Positions 21,601-27,649 of a stretch of DNA of 64,000 nt are shown one piece after another (position 1 is the stretch's first letter; each line of letters starts with the position of its first letter). The notes beneath the pieces were generated by a model. That model was given only the letters and a program-made list of their open reading frames with translations, was not told the DNA's origin and made no database searches. The position numbers were made by a program, and so were the translations under genes. Source of the stretch: Candidatus Spongiisociaceae bacterium (GTDB taxonomy: Bacteria > Actinomycetota > Acidimicrobiia > Spongiisociales > Spongiisociaceae); the NCBI GenBank assembly GCA_965202665.1, contig OZ241841.1, positions 2,208,001 to 2,272,000 of the forward strand, in the 5' to 3' direction.

Positions 21601-22974
21601 GTAACCGACGGAACCGCCACCGCCGGAGAAGACTACCAAACCCATGCCCCGTTCGATATCAGAATCCCCGCCAACAGCAACTACGCCACCACCAACATCA
21701 CCCTCAACCTCACCCCCGACGACCGCGTCTACGAAGGCAACGAAACCCTGGAACTGACCGGATCGCACTCCCAGTTCACCGTCAGACCCGTCACTTTCAC
21801 CATCACCGAAAACGACGCCCAACCCAACCGCATAACCCTATCCGCCAGCCCCAACCGAATAAACGAAGGCCAAACCGCAAACGTAACCATCACCGCCTCC
21901 CTCGGCTCAGTCGCTCTAACCCAAGACATGCAAGTTCCCATCCGTTTGGGAACCGGAGAATCTTACCAACCCGGCCCCGGCGCCCACACCATCCGCATCC
22001 CCGCTGGCCAAACCAGCGGAAACATCCAAATAAGAATACAAATAAACGACGACAACACCCGTGAGGACGCCAAACAAATTCGCATAACCCCCGGCGCCGT
22101 TGCCGGATTCACCGTCACCACCACCGCTATCACCATCCCCGCCAACGACGCCCCCGCTGTCACCACCACCCCCACCGGCGGTGGCGGAGGAGGTGGTGGC
22201 GGTGGAGGAGGAGGTGGTGGTGGCGCCCCAGCTCCGCCCCCCGCAGGAGGGGGAGGGGGCGGTGGAGGCGGTGGAGGAGGGGCCCCGCCCCCACCCGCCG
22301 GAGGAGGTGGCGCCCCGCCCCCGGCTGGTCCCGCTGGACCTGTCGCGCCGGTTGCGCCTCCGCCCGCGCCGGTGGTCTGCCAGGGACGGTTCTGCGACGA
22401 TGACGGCAGCGTCCACGAAGACAACATCGAGTTGATGGCCGTATGGGGTATAACCATCGGATGCGACGCCAACGACTCCACCAAATACTGTCCCAGTGCG
22501 CAAATCACCCGTCGGCAAATGGCCACTTTCATCTACCGGGCAGTCAATCCCCGCTGGCCCATCCAGTTCCCCACCGGCATAGAAATCAACGATGTCCCCG
22601 CCGACGCCAGCTACCGTTCCTACGCCGACTGGCTGGTAAGCATCGGGGCCTTCCAGCTGGACGACGGGAACTTCAATCCCCGGGGCATAGTAACCCGAGC
22701 CGATATGGCGGTGATGATGGTAGCCGCTTTCCCCCATATCCAGGCCGTATCCGAGTCGCAAAACCTGTTCGCGGACACCGGCAACTTGGACGCGGCGGTG
22801 GTGCGGGCTATTGAAGGCATAGCCGATAGCGGAGTGACCAGGGGATGCACCACCACGCCGCCTCTCAGGTACTGCCCCAACAATCCGGTGACCCGGGCGC
22901 AGATGGCGTCCTTCTTCGTAAGGGTAATCAACCAAGCCCCCGCCGCCGACGACGCCGCAGGCGCAAGTTCATAA
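9607..22974 (+). CDS. Giant (~4,450 aa) surface protein with Calx-beta/Ig-like repeats, Gly/Pro linker and C-terminal SLH domains
   Basis: ATG 9607 after GGAGG (the ORF-track start overlaps tRNA-Ser). Hydrophobic signal-like N-terminus, many 'DD.I.EG.ET...TI.DDD' Calx-beta-like units, poly-G/P linker ~22177-22370, SLH motifs ITRRQMATFI, VTRADMAVMM, VTRAQMASFF. Confidence 0.9.
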   Translation: MGRMSGLGSAGGVRALGLGLVVGGVRRVLGLGLAVVLVVGLLPLVPVGVVGQAQKATVSITYRDGGAVVGVNEGEEVRLKLTVEFAGGTAHKGGSIYVQTGGTATRHTDYGMGKDDNCCSTATQFFDNFIDNAIIDWSTGSGTVSTNFTFRAVNDTLFEYYESFKLAVQTFSTGGFQYNDVGFSIRDRDRSLGVSYSVSEVGESAAGQWRSGTVTLSRGEVSGGVFVPATANWTSYGVTPLQVKVVDGTAKNEVSGVTDERRDFVFSHFNDAVVANRRIVSVAKGQVSGTVGNVGFRVLSEVGPRVAEPPEVFYVTVDTSPVWGAPVTIVDDDVTIALSSSSSNSSFAGFAESDIPQPVTVTARFLHAASSVIPTDTVVNVSVKSFSDSPVLTGGGAVVSSGACPQSSGDVCLDVGNSFTVTIPAGELSGSRTVLMTARDEGGTAEGVEGVGFDGSASVGGEAVFVYGHAIRLYDADDPKVIGLSLHEAATGEAGLSSVDEGAAKAVRVRATMTGSWQSVWESQYTRVVWVTPGSVSGSAVLGSCTGSGQSRVCTGDFGRNTGEVTVTMQPKPASQATVGDVTITAYDDTVTEDGESVVFWGRANSQWVVAPAMLTINDADRHVDLGVSPSTIAEPASGSARSDFLFTARFGQMVDNVFVPSTSSTVGSAFSISDFSFVNGSARAEDDNGIPLDFYPVDTANVSRAVSIVAGSVSGTLTWPFNSYADNEAEGTEDFSFRVWSSTAGYSVGVPRVNITDPDSVLNLSIDADGGTTGVQPLREGESSSGAMATAAFPAGSSTIGSATSVALSAGLGTPGAGVASAADFTYAPASPLTVSVGANSVSGSAALGGLTVVDDGVVEGPETFVLSGVVTGAVGVSAADSSVTIVDDDADIDLTVSESSVLEGAGEQAITVKAAFRGSSSVLAAATDVAVTLASAASGGAVLSSAVCPQTSGDVCSDKTNNQFTVSIPAGATSGSATLRLTARDDGNAEGGEGLVLSGTASVGGAAVSVTSANISVFDPGQAIDLSLTDTAQTPVVLTAVGEDGGARVVRVTATAPAAVSAETVVTVRMGLGGSAVSSCSGSGQSRVCTGDFGTVADTSTITIPSGGTTGSVDVTVTPFEDTIAEEDETIRVGGSAGGYAVRGADLTITDQDRTVGVGVGMGEAVYGEGGDPQSGWATRSQCMTSAPFSRTVTGRLGGLSAEGVFTAATSSTLGSNVRGRVRTVDGTATYNQDYSSDGFAVDTMPTAWEFITIAAGSTSGTATVQLVSCVDDVAEGDETYQMTISSLPAGFGAHPQVMTVTDDDSRPGLRGTISEDAGGTVGVEAFLPAGSSELTDPQVVSLTSVTADSAGTADFSYPSPAPVLLTIPAGSTSVSGAIPGLAITDDGSVEGPERLTLGGTDASGAAVSGSLAIVDDDAVIDVLVSPAEVLEQAAAQQIGVTARFRGETSALTAATAVTVTLAGAQNGATLAAACPATSEDACTDQANNQFTISIPAGSTEASGSFMLTARSDNAADNDEDLTVSGAATIGGEAAVVEGTELTIFDPGRSIALSFTDTASTPVPLVDVGEDGGAKVIRVVASAPVAPTSAVTVEVVVGAEGTTAGAGDYSSSSDRVSVTIAANDTSGTADVTITPASDTITEDLETIRFAGSATGYAVVANDLVIQDQDRAVKVMAAEGDLVVREPREGEALTNQYNGILKFFRGMTAVLGGVSGGVFTPSTSSTYSSNLGMRVRVDAGTATVGGQTSTTDDIFHEHGEADDPLEVTINAGALSGNVNIVYAPTAVPVVAVLKDTVAEPDQIFYFRPAVPSGWTAVRETITIQDSNQIAITVDTDSATGTQTTLAEGATGSGVTVSAAYYNATTSVITSATNVTLSAAAPTPAGAGKAVATDFTYSPATPNAITFPANNATPSATATLAGLTVTDDAIVEGPETITVSGSSSLGDATPATITIVDDDDDITLSVFPASVAEGSGAQTIAVTAAFAGTTSALTTATDVTVTIASPSSNGATLAACPSSTTDVCATGLTSSQLTVTIPAGETSSTATFQLTARDDTTADDDEKLTVTGSATVGGATATITGTEMSVRDPGRAITLSFTDTAQTPAALTAVEEDGGAQTVRVVATVGTAPAADTDVTVTVGAAGGTAILGTLGDYLRSTGEATVTIAANNTSGTADVTITPVVDRVTEDHETIRFAGAATGYAIVPADLQITDQDRVIKFTLNPDTQDELPYRQNSISLSAVAALGGTSGGVFTPSTSSTYSGSMNLLGWSPEGYGQNAQTRSVATYVIEDGDPFFLHSYRRWFSIPSGSFASSSQSMDHSVEINDTADPDEGVRRVGARQNTVPAGFVQEQAWFRIRDVADSRVVFGVDTDGNTMGNQTTIEEGASGSGVEVWAGWPPGVTNNRHASPVTATLTMEEDTEPGAGEAGDADFDYAPPSPLSFTIPVKVAEDLMATPPVVGVSGLRSSSGTLAGLSVVDDSIVEGPETIAFGGTSSLGAGHSVTGELTIADDDADITLSVFPAVVAEGSGAQTITVTARFAGTTSVLTTATNVTVTIAAAASDGAVVDADACPSESGDDVCTNKAGNQFTVAIPAGELEGSGVFQLTAREDSTADDGEGLIVSGSAMVGSEAVEVTGAAMTVHDADKTITLSFTDTAQTPTALTEVEEDGGAQTVRVVATAPAAVGASPVTVSVTVGAAGGEAALNADYTRSSASATVTIPAQGTSGSADVTITPRSDTITENQETIVFTGSASGYGVVGAGLGIADQDRYIRMSPTGGDRFNEPPVVFAGHSVGAKADLGGVTDGVFTASTASTYSVALNNLRVTMRGVTATEGIAGSPVGPRDFVWTGNGGGVDSRFLSIPAGSLSATAVPHTLQLFRYAREVEPLETIEVVATEPAGFTVVPGIISILDTIQTQLTLQVDTDRVESGNQSVLAEGAAGSSVDVSGRYRGTSNKLGEDTVVTLSTAVETPGAGKATAADFTYAPSSPNSFTIPQAAVSSSVAATLAGLTVVDDAIVEGSETFRITAASSQTLRITGASSSGAVAAATVTIWDDDADIDLSVSPSVVAEGVGAQTITVTARFKGSSTVLTEAVDVLVSVAGASGGAALAAAPCPQASGDACTDKTGNQFTVTIPAGSLSANGTFQLTARDDNVAEGAEALTVSGSAMVGGLAVDVESAVVNVVDRGIELSVSSGGSALTGLGEDSGSTTVRVTATLPVASSTPVVVGVNVTGGSATLDDDSMFGAGEDFRVSYPQGSPPAGYGMGISIPAGRVSGWADIVVAVNDDRAAEGAAETISVDGAVASGSVLAVVDTAFDITDNDSGITLNVTADALEEDGDGRAARVTASLAGTTSQIGVATVVTLSFTAGAGTEAADFTAPGAGSEITVTIPAGSVSSSSTALTGLGITDDAIAEVGETIQVGGTTPGLSVTPASLTIQDDDSVIVLTASAAAAEGGTGSGITVSAAFQTGTTSSEIATATAVTLTVGDGTAVSPADYQNSGTYTVTIPAQATGAAAGVSLAGLTVKHDDITEGRETIIISGTSTLGAAASAVLAIADADTALTLSATPDLLVERPNHYIVTVTAAFDNVASSARTAAVPVTVTLADDTATHGTSNDWYTNLPANRQLTVNIPAGRTSGASTFRIVARADSTGESTERVSLTATAQVDGSAVTATSARLEIVDQGVTLGWASNTGTPLTAIAEDSGTTTLRITASIPVVAPAGGAVIGVNIANGTAAPAAASTGFGTGEDYRITLPTSPAPPAGYDLAVAISAGETSGHRTVTLQVNDDNTAEGASEGADPETVHIEGGTLTLGGSTLPVVGANLNITDDDQAPDEITITLQTPGGADLAQIFETTATTPVVVKAAYQGTNTLPHSVIVPLGVAKVGDTAIPDTDYRDVTSPPSITIPAYQSHGMARFDLEAIDDDDPESPETITVRGDPADTLTAFTVGEDTLTLVDDESAVTLSLDVTQAPEGTRQNVTVKAAFSAGVTQTAQKTIRVTVTDGTATAGEDYQTHAPFDIRIPANSNYATTNITLNLTPDDRVYEGNETLELTGSHSQFTVRPVTFTITENDAQPNRITLSASPNRINEGQTANVTITASLGSVALTQDMQVPIRLGTGESYQPGPGAHTIRIPAGQTSGNIQIRIQINDDNTREDAKQIRITPGAVAGFTVTTTAITIPANDAPAVTTTPTGGGGGGGGGGGGGGGGAPAPPPAGGGGGGGGGGGGAPPPPAGGGGAPPPAGPAGPVAPVAPPPAPVVCQGRFCDDDGSVHEDNIELMAVWGITIGCDANDSTKYCPSAQITRRQMATFIYRAVNPRWPIQFPTGIEINDVPADASYRSYADWLVSIGAFQLDDGNFNPRGIVTRADMAVMMVAAFPHIQAVSESQNLFADTGNLDAAVVRAIEGIADSGVTRGCTTTPPLRYCPNNPVTRAQMASFFVRVINQAPAADDAAGASS

Positions 22975-23043
22975 CCACCCCAACCTATCCCGGCCTCTGC
23001 CCAACCTAGGGGCCGGGATATTCTTTTCCCCAACCCCCCAAAT

Positions 23044-23358
23044 TCAAAGAGCCAATAATGCTCTTATCGCGTCGACGCCGCGAGTCACGTTACCGTTCAG
23101 ATAGTCGCGATGGCTTTCAATCAGGGCTTCCATCTCTTCAGGATCCCCCAGTATGGAAAGGGTTTCTTCCAGCGACTCCAGGGTTTCCCGCCCCTGGGGA
23201 GACAGTCCCCCATCGACGCTTCGCGCCCGCAGAGCCGCAAGCCGGCTTTCCAGAGATTCCATTTCCCGCTGGGCGGTCAGCAGGCCGTCGTTCCGTTGCA
23301 CCCGATCAAGAAACTCCACGACCTGCTGGTCGACGGTGAGCGTTGGTTGGTTGGTCAT
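23044..23358 (-). CDS. Small protein with Phd/YefM-antitoxin-like C-terminus
   Basis: ATG 23358 after GGAGGAG; ESLEETLSILGDPEEMEALIES resembles the YefM/Phd toxin-binding helix; paralog at 31756-32043. Confidence 0.65.
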   Translation of the reverse strand: MTNQPTLTVDQQVVEFLDRVQRNDGLLTAQREMESLESRLAALRARSVDGGLSPQGRETLESLEETLSILGDPEEMEALIESHRDYLNGNVTRGVDAIRALLAL

Positions 23359-23444
23359 GTCGCTCCTCCAATATATCCGCGTCTGCCCGCCTCGCCGGGG
23401 TTGGCGGGTATAGGATAATGGTAGGTCTTCGTCAGGAGGGACGG

Positions 23445-26400
23445 ATGATTGACAGTTTCGCCGGGCTGACCGGTCGGAGGGTTTCGGTGGACGGCGCCGG
23501 CGCCCCGGCCGAGGCCCGGGATTTGCAGGCGGTGATGTTGGACGCATCCTTTGAGGTGTTGCTGGCCGGGTGGGATTCGGCCCGTCCTCCCGCTCCGGGC
23601 AAACTGCTGTCCCTCCACCGGTGGCGGCTCGGCTCACAGAACTTTTCGCTGGTGGTTGCGGTTACCGACCGACAGGGCAAGGTGTGGCTGGCCGGTCCGG
23701 GCGGGAGAGACCAGCCGGTGGGTCCGCTCACCGAATCGGAGGCCGCCCGCATGTTGCAGGCCGCTCTGGAGGAACCGTCCGGCCCGTCCGCCCATAGACG
23801 GATAGCCGACCTGCTGAAAGCCCGTCGCAAGGACGATTCCGTTCCCGGCCTGGGCGGCGAAGGCCTGTTCGCCCAGCACTACCTGGCCAAAGTGCTACCC
23901 GGTCAGGGCGTTTGGCGGGAATCCGTCGCCCGGGCCCGCCCCTGGCTGTGCCTGCGCGGCATGGCCCTGATAGAAGCGATGGGGTTTTCCGCCCTTCGCC
24001 CCGTTGGGAACGGGTGCGTCCTGACAGATAGGATATCTCAAGGGAACGGGGGGGGGGGTAGGCTTGGTGAGAGCCCTAATGCGGTGGCGGTGTTGCTTGA
24101 CCGCGTCGAGCATTTCGATGCGGGCAGCACGCGTTTCGACGCTTCCCCGGTAGAATACGGCCTGTCCCTGGCCCGCGAGGAGCAGGCGGGTTGGCTGATT
24201 CTCCTGCGCGGTTCGCAAATCCGGCTTTATTCGGCCAAACCGGGCGTGGGAGTGGGCAGCAGGGGGCTGACCGAAACCTTTTTTGAGCTGGACCTGGCCC
24301 TGCTGGAAGAAGACAAGGCGGGCTACCTTGATTTAGCGTTTTCCGCCGCCGCCCTAGTCGAAGACGGAACGGTAAAACAGTTGCTGGAGGGCTCACGCGA
24401 CTACGCGGTGGGTTTGGGGGATCGCCTGCGGGAGCGCATCTACGTGGAGGCCATCCCCGAATTGGCGGTAGCGGTGGCTAAAGAACTGGAACGGCTGGAC
24501 CACCAGGCTGGCAAAGATCTGGCCCGCGCCTACCGAATCACCCTCCGCATCCTGTTCCGGTTGCTGTTCCAAGCCTACGCGGAAGACTGCGGGTTGTTGC
24601 CTTACGGAACCAACGAAGAGTACACCAAATATTCGCTGAAACAACACGCCCGCGACCTGGCGGATCCTCCCGAAGAAATGTTTGATCCCCGCTCCCATAA
24701 AACTTGGGACGAACTTATGTTGGTGTGGGGAGTCATCGACACCGGTGACGCCGTCATGGGGGTTCCCGCTTACAACGGTGGTCTGTTCCTTTCCGACCCG
24801 GAGCGTTCCCCCGATGGCGCCCTCATTTCTCAAATGCGGTTGGATAATGCGGTGGTGGGCCATGCCCTGCGCCGACTGCTGGTGGATGTGGACAGCCTTG
24901 GCGTTCCCGGACCGGTGGATTTTCGGTCGCTGTCCATTCGGGAGTTCGGGACCATCTACGAAGGCCTGCTGGCTTCGTCCCTGTCCCGGGCCGACCAAGA
25001 CCTGACTTTGGACAAAAAACAGACCTACGTCCCAGCCAAGGCGGCGGACAAAGTGGAAGTGCGGGCAGGTGAGATTTATTTCCACAACACCTCCGGCATG
25101 CGCAAATCAGCAGGTGTTTATTTCACCCCCCGGTTTGCAGTAGACCACCTGTTGGAACGGTCGCTGGTCCCGGTGCTCAGGGATCATCTCAAAAAAATCA
25201 ACGCAATGTTGGATGAAGACGATGATGCGGGCGCCTACGAGTCGTTTTTCGATTTCCGAGTGTGCGACCCGGCAATGGGGTCGGGCAACTTCCTAGTGGC
25301 GGCCATTGATCATATGGCCGAGGAGATGACCCCGTTTTTGCGTGCCCACCCTATACCGGGTGTGACCGGTGAGTTGAACCGATTGGAGGCGGCGGCAAGG
25401 AAAGAGTTGGGCGATGCGGCCGATCAGTATTCGTTGGATCGGTCAATGTTGCTCCGCCGCCAGATAGCCCGCCACTGCATCTACGGCATCGACAACAACG
25501 ATATCGCAGTGGAGTTGGCAAAAGTCGCCGTGTGGTTGCACACGTTTGTCCCCGGTTTGCCAATGTCCACCTTGGACCACAATCTGGTGTGCGCTGATTC
25601 GCTGACCGGAATAGAGTCCATTGAAGAGGCTATAGAAATACTGGACCCGCAACGCAATCCGGGGGTGGTGTCGCTGATGCGCGGGCCCCTCGAGGAAAGC
25701 CTGGAGGAGTCCCGAAGTCATCTCCAAGATGCGGCCAAAATTTCGGAATCCACCACGGCCGAAATCAGGCAAGCGGACAAGCACCGGGACAGGGCCGTTC
25801 AAGTCGCCGGTAAAGCCAAGGCCATCTTTGACGCGGCGGTGGCCGCCCGCATCGGCGAGTTGGGCGATTTGACGATGGTAGAGCCGGAAGAGATTGTCCG
25901 TATGTCCCAGCAAACAGAGGTTCAAGACCGGATAGCTATTCTCAATCCTGGTCATATGCCTTACCTGTTTCCGCAAGTTTTCCTCCGAGACCCCTCAGGG
26001 TTTGATGTAATGGTTGGCAATCCTCCCTGGGAAAAAATTAAAGTCGAGGAACATGCCTGGTGGGGTTTACGCTTTCCAGGTTTACGGGGATTACCTTTGG
26101 TGGCAAAGCGAGAGAGGCTTAAAACCCTAAAACACGACCGCCCTGATCTGGTGGATGAATATGAACAGGCTGTTACCCTGACCGCAGAGTTGCGGAAGAT
26201 TATAAGCAAGGGACCTTATCCTGGAATGGGTACTGGTGATCCTGACCTCTTCAAAGCCTTCTCATGGCGGTTTTGGAAGTTATCTCGCGATGGCGGTGCT
26301 GTAGGTATTGTTTTGCCCTCTGGTGTATTAAAAGGTAAGGGTTCGGAAAGATGGCGTAAGCAGGTTTTCGAGGAGTGTTGTTTTGTTGATTTAGCTCCTT

Positions 26401-26906
26401 TGATAAACACAGGGGGCTGGGTTTTTAATGATGTGCATAAGCAGTATATAGTAGGTTTGATGGCTATAGGAAAGGGTAGCGAACAATTTGGTTCCGTACG
26501 TATCAGAAATCTTTGCCGAAGTGTGAGCGATTTAGCACGAGTTGATGCTAGTAATGTGGTGCAAATAGATGAGCTTTTGGCTTGGACACCTGAAGCTCTT
26601 TTCCCTTTATTTCCTAGCACGGATGCTATTAAGGTTTTTAGAAAAATGATTAAGTACCCCAGAATAAAAAGAAGCGAGCGTCAGCGAGCGTCAGCGAGCG
26701 TCAGCGAGCGTCAGCGAGCGTCAGCGAGCGTCAGCGAGCGTCAGGTACAGCCTCTACAAGCTACCACAAATTGGAGGACAAGTCCAGTAACCGAATTACA
26801 CACAAGAAAAGACAGAAAGTATTTCTTAGGAGCAGAACTTCTTGGCGAGCATTACCCATTAGAGAACTCGAAACCACGCCCGACAGACATAGGTTCACAG
26901 CAATGA
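23445..26906 (+). CDS. Eco57I-like (type IIG family) N6-adenine DNA methyltransferase
   Basis: ATG 23445 after AGGAGG; EFGTIYEGLL, RKSAGVYFTP, VCDPAMGSGNFL, IYGIDNN, DVMVGNPPW. Confidence 0.93.
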   Translation: MIDSFAGLTGRRVSVDGAGAPAEARDLQAVMLDASFEVLLAGWDSARPPAPGKLLSLHRWRLGSQNFSLVVAVTDRQGKVWLAGPGGRDQPVGPLTESEAARMLQAALEEPSGPSAHRRIADLLKARRKDDSVPGLGGEGLFAQHYLAKVLPGQGVWRESVARARPWLCLRGMALIEAMGFSALRPVGNGCVLTDRISQGNGGGGRLGESPNAVAVLLDRVEHFDAGSTRFDASPVEYGLSLAREEQAGWLILLRGSQIRLYSAKPGVGVGSRGLTETFFELDLALLEEDKAGYLDLAFSAAALVEDGTVKQLLEGSRDYAVGLGDRLRERIYVEAIPELAVAVAKELERLDHQAGKDLARAYRITLRILFRLLFQAYAEDCGLLPYGTNEEYTKYSLKQHARDLADPPEEMFDPRSHKTWDELMLVWGVIDTGDAVMGVPAYNGGLFLSDPERSPDGALISQMRLDNAVVGHALRRLLVDVDSLGVPGPVDFRSLSIREFGTIYEGLLASSLSRADQDLTLDKKQTYVPAKAADKVEVRAGEIYFHNTSGMRKSAGVYFTPRFAVDHLLERSLVPVLRDHLKKINAMLDEDDDAGAYESFFDFRVCDPAMGSGNFLVAAIDHMAEEMTPFLRAHPIPGVTGELNRLEAAARKELGDAADQYSLDRSMLLRRQIARHCIYGIDNNDIAVELAKVAVWLHTFVPGLPMSTLDHNLVCADSLTGIESIEEAIEILDPQRNPGVVSLMRGPLEESLEESRSHLQDAAKISESTTAEIRQADKHRDRAVQVAGKAKAIFDAAVAARIGELGDLTMVEPEEIVRMSQQTEVQDRIAILNPGHMPYLFPQVFLRDPSGFDVMVGNPPWEKIKVEEHAWWGLRFPGLRGLPLVAKRERLKTLKHDRPDLVDEYEQAVTLTAELRKIISKGPYPGMGTGDPDLFKAFSWRFWKLSRDGGAVGIVLPSGVLKGKGSERWRKQVFEECCFVDLAPLINTGGWVFNDVHKQYIVGLMAIGKGSEQFGSVRIRNLCRSVSDLARVDASNVVQIDELLAWTPEALFPLFPSTDAIKVFRKMIKYPRIKRSERQRASASVSERQRASASVSERQVQPLQATTNWRTSPVTELHTRKDRKYFLGAELLGEHYPLENSKPRPTDIGSQQ
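24048..24058 (+). repeat. G11 homopolymer inside the MTase CDS (currently in frame)
   Basis: aac-GGGGGGGGGGG-tagg, encoding NGGGGR. Confidence 0.9.
26673..26742 (+). repeat. Tandem repeat (AGCGAGCGTC)x7 inside the MTase CDS
   Basis: Seven exact 10-bp copies; encodes SERQRASASV repeats. Confidence 0.97.
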
Positions 26907-27649
26907 AAGATAACCTGTGGCCAGTCTATGGTGGACGTTCTTTTAATATTTGGTGCCCAGATACGGGTAAATATTATGCGGCAACCGACCCTGATGCTAT
27001 CACTGAGTATCTCCAAGGGAAGCGAGAGCGTAGCAGGACCAGTTTTGCTGAAATGCCGCAAGAGTGGCTTGATGATTTAGATACTCTTCCTTGTAAGCAT
27101 CCCCGTATTGCTTTTTGTGATGTTGCGAATAGTGTAGATAGTAGAACGATAATCGCGGCTCTTGTACCGCCGAATATAGTGATTACAGAAGTAGCACCAT
27201 ATCTGATATGGCCTTCAGGGGAAGTTAGCGATCAAGCCTTCCTACTAGGGGTGTTATCATCGATGATTCTCGATTGGTACGCTCGTCGCATTGTATCGAC
27301 TCATTTCAAGTTCTACATCTTTAATTCTTTGCCGGTGCCGGATGCTGATCCTGGGGATCCGGTTGTTCGGCGGGTGGTGGAGATTTCGGGGCGGTTGGCG
27401 GCGGTGGATGAGCGGTTTGCGGACTGGGCGGAGGAAGTGGGGGTGCCGGTGGGGACTTTGCAGGAAGAACCGGAGCGGTCGGACGCCATCTACGAACTGG
27501 ACGCCTGCGTGGCTTTGCTCTACGGCTTGGATGAAGACGACCTGCGAATCATCTACGAAACCTTTCACGAAACGACCGACTATTCGCAACGGCATGTGGC
27601 GGTGCTGGCCCATTTCCGCAGATGGCGGGAAGAGCGGGAACCCCTGTGA
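26903..27649 (+). CDS. Specificity/target-recognition-like C-terminal module of the type IIG enzyme as a separate ORF
   Basis: ATG overlaps the upstream TGA (ATGA); WPVYGGRSFNIW, PRIAFCDV, RTIIAALVPP, AFLLGVLSSMILDWYARR, ELDACVALLYGL typical of IIG TRD/C-termini. Confidence 0.8.
   Translation: MKDNLWPVYGGRSFNIWCPDTGKYYAATDPDAITEYLQGKRERSRTSFAEMPQEWLDDLDTLPCKHPRIAFCDVANSVDSRTIIAALVPPNIVITEVAPYLIWPSGEVSDQAFLLGVLSSMILDWYARRIVSTHFKFYIFNSLPVPDADPGDPVVRRVVEISGRLAAVDERFADWAEEVGVPVGTLQEEPERSDAIYELDACVALLYGLDEDDLRIIYETFHETTDYSQRHVAVLAHFRRWREEREPL

Noticed and set aside
22177-22370. Poly-Gly/Pro repeat as a frameshifting switch
   Set aside because: Triplet-based with mixed codons; an ordinary flexible linker.
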